From the NCBI GenBank assembly GCA_038203205.1, contig JBBREF010000003.1, forward strand, positions 10,621-74,620: a DNA stretch of 64,000 nucleotides, given 5' to 3'. A model generated the notes under the pieces. That model was not told where the DNA came from, did not search any database, and saw only the letters and a list, made by a program, of their open reading frames with translations. This DNA is from Gemmatimonadales bacterium (GTDB lineage Bacteria > Gemmatimonadota > Gemmatimonadetes > Gemmatimonadales > Gemmatimonadaceae). How positions within the stretch are numbered: the first letter of the stretch is position 1; every line of letters begins with the position of its first letter. Shown in pieces: positions 28,200-37,558 of this stretch. A program made the position numbers and the translations under genes.

Positions 28200-30053
28200 A
28201 TGAACGCGCCGTTGAGGATGTTCCCGCGCGGCGATCGCAACCCAAAACCTGAAGACATGCTCGACGACCTCGGCAGTACCCCGTCGTCGGCGAAAGGATG
28301 GCGCGATCTCGGCTGGCTTTTCAGGCGGCACAGGTCTCACGTGCTTACCGGTGTGGTGCTCACGTTTGTAAGTCGCGCTGCTGGCCTCGTCCTCCCCGCT
28401 TCGTCCAAGTACTTCGTCGACAACGTTCTCGTTGATCGCCAGGTGGAGTTGCTGCTTCCGCTGGCCCTCGTTGTAATAGCGGCAGGGGTGATACAGGCGG
28501 TAACAGGTTATACCCTGACACTCGTGCTCGGTGTTGCGGCGCAGCGCACCGTGGCGGAGATGCGCAGGAAACTGGCGTCGCATGTGTTGCGGCTTCCGGT
28601 CGAGACTTTCGATTCGACTCAGGTTGGTGCGCTCACGTCGCGCATCATGAACGACCCCGACGGCATCCGCAATCTTCTCGGCAGCGGCTTCGCTCAGCTT
28701 TTAGGTGGCCTTGTAACCGCCAGTGCGGCGCTCGGCATGTTGTTCTGGATCAACTGGCGCATGACGAGTGTCATGATCGTCTTCCTTGCGCTGATTGGAG
28801 GAAGTGTCGCCTTCGCGTTTTCGCGCCTCCGCCCGATCAATCGTCAGCGAAGCCTCGAGTTCGCCGGTGTGATGGGTCGATTGGGCGAAGCGCTCGGCGG
28901 GATACGAGTAGTAAAGGCATACATCGCGGAGCGGCGTGAGGATCTCGTTTTCACGAGAGGCGTGCACCGGATGCTCAGGCTCGTCGTGAAGACCCTTTCC
29001 GGGTGGGCGCTGGTGTCTGCGCTCACCGTCATGGCCGTTTCCGGAATCGCTGCGACTCTCATTCTGATTGGCGGCCGTTCGGTTCTCGCGGGTTCGATGA
29101 CGCTTGGCGATCTCATCATGTACGCTCTTTTTACCGGCCTCGTGACGGCTCCCTTGATTCAGGTTGCGCAGGTCGGAACGCTTCTGTCCGATGCGCTGGC
29201 CGGGCTCGAGCGTGTGCGCGAGCTGCTCGATGAACCATCCGAGGAGACAGTAGGTGGCGACGCTGTGCCCGACCTGGATGGAGAGGTCAGTATCGAGGCT
29301 GTCGGCTTCCACTATCGCGAAGGTGTACCTGTGCTGCACGACATAACGCTCGAGGCTGCTGCGGGCACCACTACGGCGCTGGTTGGGCCCAGTGGTTCGG
29401 GGAAGAGCACGCTGCTGGGGCTGCTTGCTGCGTTTCATCGACCCAGATCCGGGACTATTCGGATAGATGGTCTCGATATCTCTGCATTCGATCTTCGCGA
29501 GTATCGCGCGCAAATCGGCCTGGTGCTTCAGGAAACATTTTTGTTCGACGGAACGATTCTCGAGAACATCAGGTTCTCGCGGCCGGATGCGTCGCTCGAG
29601 AACGTTCATCGAGTCGCAAAGGTCGCGCACTGTGATGAGTTTATCCGGCGAATGCCGGATGGCTACGAGACAATTGTCGGTGAGCGCGGCGTGAAGCTTT
29701 CGGGCGGTCAGCGTCAGCGCGTTGCGATTGCACGCGCACTCCTTGCTGATCCTGCGATCCTGCTGCTCGACGAGGCGACGTCCAGTCTCGACAGCGAGAG
29801 CGAGTTATTCATTCAGGAAGGACTCGAGGCGCTGCGCGCCGACAGAACGACCTTCGTCATCGCACACCGGCTGTCGACGATATTGAGTGCGGATCAGATC
29901 GTCGTATTGGAGAATGGTCGCCTCGTCGAACGGGGTACCCACAATGAGCTGCTGGCTGCGGGGGGAACCTATGCAAGGCTGTACGAGCAGCAGCAGCGCA
30001 CGGTTCGGAATCGCTTTGTGAATAGCGGCGAGGAACTCCCGGAAGCGGGCTGA
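28200..30053 (+). CDS. ABC transporter permease/ATP-binding protein (MdlB/MsbA-type exporter)
   Basis: TM domain; GPSGSGKS Walker A, LSGGQRQR, LLLDEATS and IAHRLST. Confidence 0.95.
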   Translation: MNAPLRMFPRGDRNPKPEDMLDDLGSTPSSAKGWRDLGWLFRRHRSHVLTGVVLTFVSRAAGLVLPASSKYFVDNVLVDRQVELLLPLALVVIAAGVIQAVTGYTLTLVLGVAAQRTVAEMRRKLASHVLRLPVETFDSTQVGALTSRIMNDPDGIRNLLGSGFAQLLGGLVTASAALGMLFWINWRMTSVMIVFLALIGGSVAFAFSRLRPINRQRSLEFAGVMGRLGEALGGIRVVKAYIAERREDLVFTRGVHRMLRLVVKTLSGWALVSALTVMAVSGIAATLILIGGRSVLAGSMTLGDLIMYALFTGLVTAPLIQVAQVGTLLSDALAGLERVRELLDEPSEETVGGDAVPDLDGEVSIEAVGFHYREGVPVLHDITLEAAAGTTTALVGPSGSGKSTLLGLLAAFHRPRSGTIRIDGLDISAFDLREYRAQIGLVLQETFLFDGTILENIRFSRPDASLENVHRVAKVAHCDEFIRRMPDGYETIVGERGVKLSGGQRQRVAIARALLADPAILLLDEATSSLDSESELFIQEGLEALRADRTTFVIAHRLSTILSADQIVVLENGRLVERGTHNELLAAGGTYARLYEQQQRTVRNRFVNSGEELPEAG

Positions 30054-30170
30054 GCATACCGACGAAGGAGACGGAAGAATGACACGGATCAGCAGCAGTA
30101 CCCAGTCACCGCGATGGAGGCTTTGCGTGGCGTGCATCATGGAGCTCCGCAGTTGCGTATCATTCAACGC

Positions 30171-31772
30171 ATGAGACTTGGTTTCGCGGTAACACTACTG
30201 TCTGTTGTGCTGTTCACGTCAGATGGATTTGCACAGCAGCCGACCGCACCGTCGCCCAGATACGACATCCTGATAACCGGTGGATCTGTCATCGACGGCA
30301 CCGGATCTCCGTCGCGCCGAGCGGACATCGGGATAAAGGGTGATCGGATCGTCGCAGTATCCGCCGCAACGATAGCGCGGACCGAAGCCGCTCTGGTAAT
30401 AGATGCGACCGGGCGCACAGTTACACCCGGGTTCATCGACCTCCACGCGCATCTTGATCCGCTGCTCCGTTTGCCACTCGCGGAAAGTGCGCTGAGGCAG
30501 GGTGTGACCACGGGGCTTGGTGGTCCCGACGGTGGATCACCGTTACCGCTTGGGCCGTATCTGGATTCCGCGCGCCGACTGAAGGTCGGGATCAACGTTG
30601 CGTTTCTCGCGGGCCACAACGATATCCGTCGGACCGTCATGGGAATGAGTGACGCCCGCCCGACAGCAGATCAACTGGCGCGCATGAAGGGACTGCTCGC
30701 CACGGCGATGCATGACGGCGCGTTTGGGCTGTCTACCGGACTGTTGTATCTGCCGGGAACGTACTCGGACATCGATGAAGTCGTTGCGCTCGCACAGGTG
30801 GCAGCGGATTCTGGCGGGATCTACACATCACATCTCAGGAAAGAAGGCATTGGCCTGCTCGACGGAGTTGCTGAAGCCCTCGAAATCGGGCGACGCGCGC
30901 GAATTCCAGTAGTGCTGACGCACCACAAGGCCGTCGGACAAATGATGTGGGGCAAGAGTGTCGAAACTCTCGCCATGGTAGACAGTGCGCGTCGAGCGGG
31001 CACTGACGTGATGATCGACCAATATCCGTATACGGCGACTCATACCGGCATCGGTGTACTGGTGCCGTCGTGGGCGATGGCGGGCGGTCGTGAGGCGATG
31101 GAGAAGCGTCTGGCAGTTCCGGCAATGAGGGACAGTGTCATGCGCGGCATCGTGCAGAACATCCTCACAGATCGCGGTGGTGGAGATATCTCGCGTGTGC
31201 AATTCGCGCGCGTTACCTGGGACAAGTCGCTCGAGGGCAAGACGCTGGCCGACTGGGCGCGTCGTCGTAACCTCGAGCCGACGCCGGAGGTGGGTGCTAC
31301 CCTCGTGCTCGAAGCGATGAGTAACGGTGGCGCGAACGCGATCTATCATGTCCTGGACGAGGGCGACGTTCGGCGCATCATGGTGAGCCCTCATACCATG
31401 ATTGCGTCGGATGGGCGGCTGTCGCAGCCTGGCGAAGGCCACCCGCATCCGCGTGCATACGGCACATTTCCTCGCGTGCTCGGAGAATACGTGCGCCAGC
31501 AGAAGCTTATGTCATTCGAGACGGCTGTATTCAAGATGACCGGGATGCCGGCGAAGCGGCTGGGGTTGAGAGATCGGGGTGTGCTGCGCGAAGGCGGATT
31601 CGCGGATGTTGTGATTTTTGATCCGGCCGCGATTCGCGACGCGGCGACATTCATCGATCCACACCAGTATCCGGTTGGAATCGAGACTGTACTCGTGAAC
31701 GGTGTGATTGCGGTGGAAAGTGGCAGGCCGAGTGGTGTGCGTGCTGGGCGGGTCCTCACGCCCAGATCCTAG
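30171..31772 (+). CDS. N-acyl-D-amino-acid deacylase (D-aminoacylase) family, exported
   Basis: PGFIDLHAH, GLSTGLLY.PG, SHLRKE, DQYPYTA and HPRAYGTFPRVLG motifs. Confidence 0.92.
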   Translation: MRLGFAVTLLSVVLFTSDGFAQQPTAPSPRYDILITGGSVIDGTGSPSRRADIGIKGDRIVAVSAATIARTEAALVIDATGRTVTPGFIDLHAHLDPLLRLPLAESALRQGVTTGLGGPDGGSPLPLGPYLDSARRLKVGINVAFLAGHNDIRRTVMGMSDARPTADQLARMKGLLATAMHDGAFGLSTGLLYLPGTYSDIDEVVALAQVAADSGGIYTSHLRKEGIGLLDGVAEALEIGRRARIPVVLTHHKAVGQMMWGKSVETLAMVDSARRAGTDVMIDQYPYTATHTGIGVLVPSWAMAGGREAMEKRLAVPAMRDSVMRGIVQNILTDRGGGDISRVQFARVTWDKSLEGKTLADWARRRNLEPTPEVGATLVLEAMSNGGANAIYHVLDEGDVRRIMVSPHTMIASDGRLSQPGEGHPHPRAYGTFPRVLGEYVRQQKLMSFETAVFKMTGMPAKRLGLRDRGVLREGGFADVVIFDPAAIRDAATFIDPHQYPVGIETVLVNGVIAVESGRPSGVRAGRVLTPRS

Positions 31773-31782
31773 CGGGGCCGGA

Positions 31783-32157
31783 TCACTCCAGGATTTTCCA
31801 GAACGAATCCTTACGCGTGATTTTTCCGTCGACGAATTCGAGAATGTCGACGCCTCGCACTTCGATTTCCTTCCCAGCGACCGATGTGCCGGTCAGTGTC
31901 CATTCCGACACCCCGAAGTTGCCACACGCCCAGTGCTGGTCTTCACCGTAGTGCACGTTGGGGATTCCCTCGAAGCGCTTTGCCAGCCCCGCCCGAACCT
32001 CATCCTTGCCGGCGTAGCGATCCCCGCGTGGCTTGGCGCCTCGCGGCATGTAGAAGACACAGTCGTCGGCGAAGTAACTCATGATTGCGTCAAGATCATG
32101 GCGATTGAACGCACCGAGAAATCCTTTCATTAGATCGACAGTGGGTTGATCAGACAT
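31783..32157 (-). CDS. SnoaL-like NTF2 protein
   Basis: AFNRHDLDAIMSYFADD, SEWTLTG, RKDSFWK. Confidence 0.88.
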   Translation of the reverse strand: MSDQPTVDLMKGFLGAFNRHDLDAIMSYFADDCVFYMPRGAKPRGDRYAGKDEVRAGLAKRFEGIPNVHYGEDQHWACGNFGVSEWTLTGTSVAGKEIEVRGVDILEFVDGKITRKDSFWKILE

Positions 32158-32184
32158 ATCAATTTGTCGTGTCAAAGGGTGCGA

Positions 32185-32910
32185 TCACGGCCGTCTCAGT
32201 TCAACGATCAACACGCGTATAGTGCTTGTTCCCGTGTTCTCGGCCCAATGCGTGATTGGTTCGCTGAAAAACACATTGCCCGCCTTGAACTCTGAATCAC
32301 GCGTGCGACCGTCGGCCATGTGAAGACGCACGCTCCCACCGTCGAGGATGTACATCACATATGCCGGGTGTTTGTGAAGCTTTTCCTTGAATCCTGGCGG
32401 CAGGACGGCTTCCATCACCCGGACTGAGTCGTTCTCGAGCTTGACCGTGATGCTCGTCGGGTTGACGACAGCAGGATCCTCGTCGTGCGAAGCTGTCGAA
32501 AAATTGCCGCCGCTTTTTGGCTCAACGAGAACGATGCGAATCGGTGTGCTGCCGATGTTTTGCACCGAGTGGCGCGAAACCGCACGCGCCCAGGCAACAT
32601 GTCCCGTTTTGTCGCTGCTATCGAATGACGAGCTGTCAGGGAGAAAGACGCGAAGTGTACCTCCGCTCAGGACGTACGAAGCTTTTGGCGGGTGAGTGTG
32701 CCAGTTATCCCGCTCACCCGGATTCAGTGAGTACTCGACGACTCTTACGTGGTCGTTATTGAGGATGACCTTGTATTTGTCCGGCGATACTTCGACAGGG
32801 TCGATGCTCGCATTCTGCTGGCTGAATGCCCGGTTGGGATTCCCCGCTATCACAGCGAGGATAGCCGCGAGTGCCAACGAGATGTTGCGAACGTTCATCA
32901 CGATCCTCAA
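32185..32910 (-). CDS. Exported tandem cupin protein
   Basis: Two cupin repeats (HTHP..YVLSGG and HKHP..YILDGG; HSVQN and HWAEN); signal peptide; TTGA overlap with the upstream gene. Confidence 0.87.
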   Translation of the reverse strand: MRIVMNVRNISLALAAILAVIAGNPNRAFSQQNASIDPVEVSPDKYKVILNNDHVRVVEYSLNPGERDNWHTHPPKASYVLSGGTLRVFLPDSSSFDSSDKTGHVAWARAVSRHSVQNIGSTPIRIVLVEPKSGGNFSTASHDEDPAVVNPTSITVKLENDSVRVMEAVLPPGFKEKLHKHPAYVMYILDGGSVRLHMADGRTRDSEFKAGNVFFSEPITHWAENTGTSTIRVLIVELRRP

Positions 32911-33284
32911 TGCGCTGATTGGTGAGCCTGGGTCGGCACGTTCATCAGGTAACTGGTGAGCTTACGGATGAGCCCACCGCGCATCTCGAATACATCGCAG
33001 TACACGAGGTCGATGAACTCGCCGTTCTTTCGCTCGGCTCTCACGGTCCCCTCGGCGATAACGACGTCGTTCTCCTCGATAACACGCGTAACCGTGATCA
33101 GGGGACGGCCGCTGCAGTCCTCGTTTTCGATTTCGCCGTCGAAGGCTTCCTTGCCGTGGTGATGATACGCACCCGGTAGGACCCATTCGACGTCATCAGT
33201 GAGACACGACAGTATCCCGGCGTGATCGAGACGATTGTATGCGTCCATGTACTTCTGGACCGTCGATTTGTTGGGTGTCGTCAT
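32907..33284 (-). CDS. SnoaL-like/ketosteroid-isomerase-related NTF2 protein
   Basis: LTDDVEWVLPG, GKEAFDGEIEN, YCDVFEM..GLIRKLTSYL. Confidence 0.88.
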   Translation of the reverse strand: MTTPNKSTVQKYMDAYNRLDHAGILSCLTDDVEWVLPGAYHHHGKEAFDGEIENEDCSGRPLITVTRVIEENDVVIAEGTVRAERKNGEFIDLVYCDVFEMRGGLIRKLTSYLMNVPTQAHQSAH

Positions 33285-33457
33285 TTGGCGTCCGCTCAGG
33301 CCCTTGGCTCCGACAAGATGTGGCTCTCGAATGACTGACTGCAACCGGAATAGTGAGAGTTGCCCTATGGCGGCACAACAAATTACTTTGTAAGACAAAG
33401 CATACACGGGTATTTCACAGGACCCCTGGGCCTGGAATGGGTATAATCCTGTGTCAT

Positions 33458-34999
33458 TTGACCCCCACCGCTGAGCAGTCACTGCCTCTCTTGCCACATC
33501 TCAGGACCCTTACAATTGTCTGGCGATTGCTCCCGCTCTGCCTCTCGTTCCGGCGGGACTTTCGGCGCTGGATCGTGGCCGGCATCCCTCTCGCGCGGCA
33601 TCGGGAGTTTCACGAGAAACGCGCCGCCGCCATGGTCCACGCGCTCGTTTCGCTCGGCCCCACATTCGTCAAACTCGCCCAGGTCTTCGCCTCGCGCCCG
33701 GACGTCGTCCCTGAGCCGTATCTCTCGGCCCTTGGCACACTGGTCGATCGCGTGCCGGTCGTTCCTTTCGAGAAAATCGAACACGAGATCGTGTCAGCCT
33801 ACGGACTCCGGCCTGAAGAGATGTTCGACTCCTTCAACCGGGAGCCCCTCGCGTCCGGATCGCTTGGCCAGGTCTACCGTGCGCGATATGAAGGACGCGA
33901 CGTTGTCGTCAAGGTCCTGCGACCTGGCGTCGAAGCGCTCGTCGACATGGACATCCGTGCAGTCCGTCGCCTTCTCGATATCGTTTCAGCACGGTGGTCG
34001 AACTCACACCTGCGCGCATTCCGCGTGGTCGTCGACGAATTTTCGCTCCGGGTTCACGAAGAGATGGACTTCCGGCAGGAAGCAGCCAACGCAATCGCAA
34101 TCGCCAAGCGCTTTGCAGATAATCCGAGAGTCCTGATTCCCTCAATCGAGTCAGACCTTACACGCCAGCGCGTCATCGTCATGGAGTACATGGAAGGGAC
34201 GCGCATCGACGCTCTGTCTTCCCGCATCTCCGAAGGAAAGCTCGACGGTCAGCGAATCGTCGAGTCGGTCGTCGAGGCCTACATACAGATGATGCTGGTC
34301 GATGGGCTCTTCCACGCCGATCCGCACCCCGGAAACCTTCTCGTGACCGACGATGGTCGACTCGTCCTGATCGACTTCGGAATGGTCGTACGTGTCGAGC
34401 CCGAAATGCGTCGCGTGCTTATTCGGACAGCACTCGCAGCTGTAACCCGGGACACGGCCGGGGTAATACGTGGCTTCTTCGACCTCGGGATCGTCGAGCC
34501 CGGTACCGACATGACGACGATTCACCGCCTTGTCGACGTATTGCTGGGCATGGCCTTTGACGGCGTCGCGGCCGTCGACATTCCGGCACGCATCCTCGCC
34601 GACCGCACGCTGGCCGACGACGTAATGCGCACGATTTACGACTGGCCGATCATTCTCCGCGGAGAGCTCGTCTATTTCGGGCGCGCGGTCGCGCTCATAG
34701 AAGGAATTGGCGCGCGCTACATCCCGGGCTTCAACCCGGTTTCGTTTGCCGCACCGGTGATACTGAAACACAGGCGCGCGATACTCGCCGCAATGGGCGA
34801 AGACGCCGATTCACGCGCCAACATCGGCGTCCTGCTCGGCAAGCTCGCCGGCGACATCACGAGCGTGGTAATCAACGCTTCCCGGGAGATAGTCGGCGCT
34901 GTGTTCCGTCAACTACCTGGCCTGCTTGCCCCGATCAGCAACCTCTTCGAGCCAATGACAGCCGACGTCCAACCTTCAACGACTCCTGAAACAGCGTAG
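33458..34999 (+). CDS. ABC1/AarF/UbiB-family atypical kinase
   Basis: LGPTFVKLAQ, ASGSLGQVYRA, VVVKVLRP, FHADPHPGN and IDFGMV; TATAAT at 33442-33447; start uncertain. Confidence 0.92.
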   Translation: MTPTAEQSLPLLPHLRTLTIVWRLLPLCLSFRRDFRRWIVAGIPLARHREFHEKRAAAMVHALVSLGPTFVKLAQVFASRPDVVPEPYLSALGTLVDRVPVVPFEKIEHEIVSAYGLRPEEMFDSFNREPLASGSLGQVYRARYEGRDVVVKVLRPGVEALVDMDIRAVRRLLDIVSARWSNSHLRAFRVVVDEFSLRVHEEMDFRQEAANAIAIAKRFADNPRVLIPSIESDLTRQRVIVMEYMEGTRIDALSSRISEGKLDGQRIVESVVEAYIQMMLVDGLFHADPHPGNLLVTDDGRLVLIDFGMVVRVEPEMRRVLIRTALAAVTRDTAGVIRGFFDLGIVEPGTDMTTIHRLVDVLLGMAFDGVAAVDIPARILADRTLADDVMRTIYDWPIILRGELVYFGRAVALIEGIGARYIPGFNPVSFAAPVILKHRRAILAAMGEDADSRANIGVLLGKLAGDITSVVINASREIVGAVFRQLPGLLAPISNLFEPMTADVQPSTTPETA

Positions 35000-35008
35000 A
35001 ATTATGGC

Positions 35009-35506
35009 ATGTCGCCAACACTTCAGTTGGTTCAGATCATCCTCCAGGCGCTCACGTCATTTGCGATCGCTGGCGGACTGATTTTTACTGCAATACAGTT
35101 CAGGAACGCGCGAGATGCTCAGCGGGTCGCGAACTTTTCGAAGCTCGTGGAGCTTCAGTCACAACTGCGGTACCTGCGCGTCGAGAACCCGTCACTCGCA
35201 TCGGTGAGTCCGCGCGATGTCGAACATCTGAAATCTGACCGTGAGATTCAGGAATACTTTCTCCACCTGATCCAGCTGTCATTATTCGAGATAGCCTGGT
35301 ACGCGCACGAGCAGGGCCAGCTTCCTGACGACTACTTTCACTCGTGGACCAGCCGTATGTGGCAGGTCTCTCAGGAACCGGGATTTCGCAAAATGATCAA
35401 CAATCCGGCGATGAAGATCCTGCACGACGATTTCGAAATCTACGTCCGGCGGTTGACCGAGTTGACCGCGCCACCGAGTCCCCCGCGCAGGAAGCGGCGC
35501 AGTTAG
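35009..35506 (+). CDS. Hypothetical protein with N-terminal TM (DUF6082/DUF4760-like)
   Basis: N-terminal hydrophobic helix followed by a helical domain; 9 nt after the ABC1 kinase stop. Confidence 0.75.
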   Translation: MSPTLQLVQIILQALTSFAIAGGLIFTAIQFRNARDAQRVANFSKLVELQSQLRYLRVENPSLASVSPRDVEHLKSDREIQEYFLHLIQLSLFEIAWYAHEQGQLPDDYFHSWTSRMWQVSQEPGFRKMINNPAMKILHDDFEIYVRRLTELTAPPSPPRRKRRS

Positions 35507-35515
35507 AGTGTTGGA

Positions 35516-36070
35516 TCATGGCTGTGATGAACCCAGCATTGGCCACGGGTTTATTGCACCCCGCTCAGACTCATATATGCCGTAGTGAAGATGCGGAGGA
35601 GTTCCGCGAGCATTGCCTGTGTTCCCGACGTAGCCGATGGTGTCACCGGCAAACACGACATCACCAGCCTCGAACTCGCCGTAGTTGTCGAGATGCGCAT
35701 AGTAGTGCACCTGCCTCCCGGGCCCGAGGACATTTATCACCTGCCCTCCAAGCGCGTTGGTGCCGAGGCGGATGACGATTCCCTCGGTTGCACTGATCAC
35801 GGGTGTGCCGCGTTTTGCGAAAATGTCCACGCCCTTGTGCGCCCGCCCGCCGCTGCGCGCCGCACCCCATGTATCCGGTATCTGACGCTTGCGCACTCCT
35901 GCCACCGGGATCGTCACTTCCGATGGGGCACTGGATGTAACGAGACGGGCGAGGAATACCGGGTGGCGCAGTGCTGGAAATACCGTGATGGAAATCAGGT
36001 AGACCAACGCGACGAGTGCGAGCGATACGAGGCAGCCACCTAAACGCCCCGATCGAGTGCGTCGCCTCAA
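35516..36070 (-). CDS. M23 family metallopeptidase
   Basis: HKGVDIFA, YYAHL and PPHLHYGIY motifs; TTG start overlaps the GNAT stop. Confidence 0.92.
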   Translation of the reverse strand: MRRRTRSGRLGGCLVSLALVALVYLISITVFPALRHPVFLARLVTSSAPSEVTIPVAGVRKRQIPDTWGAARSGGRAHKGVDIFAKRGTPVISATEGIVIRLGTNALGGQVINVLGPGRQVHYYAHLDNYGEFEAGDVVFAGDTIGYVGNTGNARGTPPHLHYGIYESERGAINPWPMLGSSQP

Positions 36071-36609
36071 GAAGGACTGATGATCGAACGGTGCATGCGC
36101 ACGCACGGAAGTGACAGATCATCAGGTAGCGAAATGGAGACAGGCTCTATGGGACGAAAGCCAAGTGAACGATAGAGCGGCTCGCCTGGAAGGGTCGCGA
36201 CAAGTTCGAAAGCGTTGAATCCACGGGCTTTCGCTGCGGACTCGCACTCAGCAAAAATGCGCCTGGCAAATCCGCGCCTCGTCCAATCGGGATGCACGAA
36301 GAATGCGCGTATTCGCGCGGTCATGCCGACCGGGTTCAAGAGTGCGTCGGGTTCGCGGAGAACCTGGTCTCCTCCGTAAAGCGTTCGGCGAGCACTCCAC
36401 CCACCTGCAGCCAAAAGTCCGGCACCCTCGTCGATGACGTAGTACGTCTGATCAGCAATCAGTTGCGAATCGACACCGAACACGTGGACGAGTGCAGCCT
36501 CTGCCTGCGCCGGAGTATAAAGGCCTCGGCTCAAGCTCCTTACCGATACTGCAATGAGGTCCTGAATCTCGGGGATGTCCCCCCGCGTTGCCAGGCGAAG
36601 ACGGGTCAT
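36067..36609 (-). CDS. GNAT-family N-acetyltransferase
   Basis: FFVHPDWTRRGFAR and ATLPGEPLY motifs. Confidence 0.92.
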   Translation of the reverse strand: MTRLRLATRGDIPEIQDLIAVSVRSLSRGLYTPAQAEAALVHVFGVDSQLIADQTYYVIDEGAGLLAAGGWSARRTLYGGDQVLREPDALLNPVGMTARIRAFFVHPDWTRRGFARRIFAECESAAKARGFNAFELVATLPGEPLYRSLGFRPIEPVSISLPDDLSLPCVRMHRSIISPS

Positions 36610-36646
36610 CGACGCCGATCCTCCTCAGTTTCGGCCGCTTCGCTGG

Positions 36647-36811
36647 TTACGAACCTCGACGCCCTGACTTGGAGGAGGTTGACTGAGGCTTGGCCTTTGG
36701 TGCTGGAGGCGGTGCAGCCTTGGCACCTTTCGGCCCGACAGGACCCGGCACCTTGGACTGTTGCTTGTGACTCGAGAAGTCAGGAACTGCGGTACGATGC
36801 TTTTTTGACAT
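36647..36811 (-). CDS. Small Lys/Pro/Ser-rich basic protein (54 aa)
   Basis: GGAGG RBS then MSKKHRTAVPDFSSHKQQSKVPGPVGPKGAKAAPPPAPKAKPQSTSSKSGRRGS*; fills the gap in a co-directional run. Confidence 0.65.
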   Translation of the reverse strand: MSKKHRTAVPDFSSHKQQSKVPGPVGPKGAKAAPPPAPKAKPQSTSSKSGRRGS

Positions 36812-36846
36812 GTATCCTCCGTGATGATCAACGACGTTTGCCGCCT

Positions 36847-37509
36847 CTACACCATCGCAAATGCTCGGACAGGAAACGTCCCGAAACCCTTCACCTTGAC
36901 TGGCACTGCGAAGAAACGACTGCCAGTTGCAGGAAGCGCATTCAGCCCCCGCATGTGTTCAACGATCGGTATCTCGCTTCCCAATAGTACCGTGTGCACC
37001 GGACGCGCGCCGGTCGCCACGCTGTCGATGTTGAAGGAATCGATTCCCACCAGGGCCGCACCGGCTTTCGCCAGCCACTCGGCAGCTCGCTCGGTCAGGT
37101 GCGGATGCCCTTCGTGATAAGTATCGGTGCGCCAATGGCGATCCCAGCCAGTACAGATCAAGACAGCGCGTCCGCGGACGTGGCTGGCGTCGAGTGAAAC
37201 TTCATCGATCGCAGGGCCAGACGACGCATCGATGCGCACTACCAGACACTCCAGGTCGGCAAGTGACTCCAGTGGCAGCTCGGACAGGTCCTTTCCGTTC
37301 TCGTAGCGATGAAACGGGCTGTCGACGTACGTCCCGGTATTTGCGACCATCTCGATCTTGCCGATATGGAACTCGGTGCCGGGCGCATACTTTTCACGCG
37401 ACGCGTCACGGCTCAGCCAATCACAGATGATCGGTGCAGGAAGACCCTTGTACGTGACCATCCCGCTCTCGACTGTATGACTGACATCAATCAGTCTTTT
37501 CGCTGACAT
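36847..37509 (-). CDS. Cyclase family protein (kynurenine formamidase-like)
   Basis: NTGTYVDSPFH, VGIDS, HTVLL..EIPIVEH and FPVRAFA. Confidence 0.9.
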   Translation of the reverse strand: MSAKRLIDVSHTVESGMVTYKGLPAPIICDWLSRDASREKYAPGTEFHIGKIEMVANTGTYVDSPFHRYENGKDLSELPLESLADLECLVVRIDASSGPAIDEVSLDASHVRGRAVLICTGWDRHWRTDTYHEGHPHLTERAAEWLAKAGAALVGIDSFNIDSVATGARPVHTVLLGSEIPIVEHMRGLNALPATGSRFFAVPVKVKGFGTFPVRAFAMV

Positions 37510-37558
37510 CCCTTCAGGTTTTTGGCTTGTACAATCGATCCCCTTGGCTGTTTCCATT

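Noticed and set aside
28014-28583. N-terminal extension of the 1051-aa metalloprotease ORF
   Set aside because: It overlaps the ABC transporter antisense; the signal-peptide-like sequence begins near 28013.
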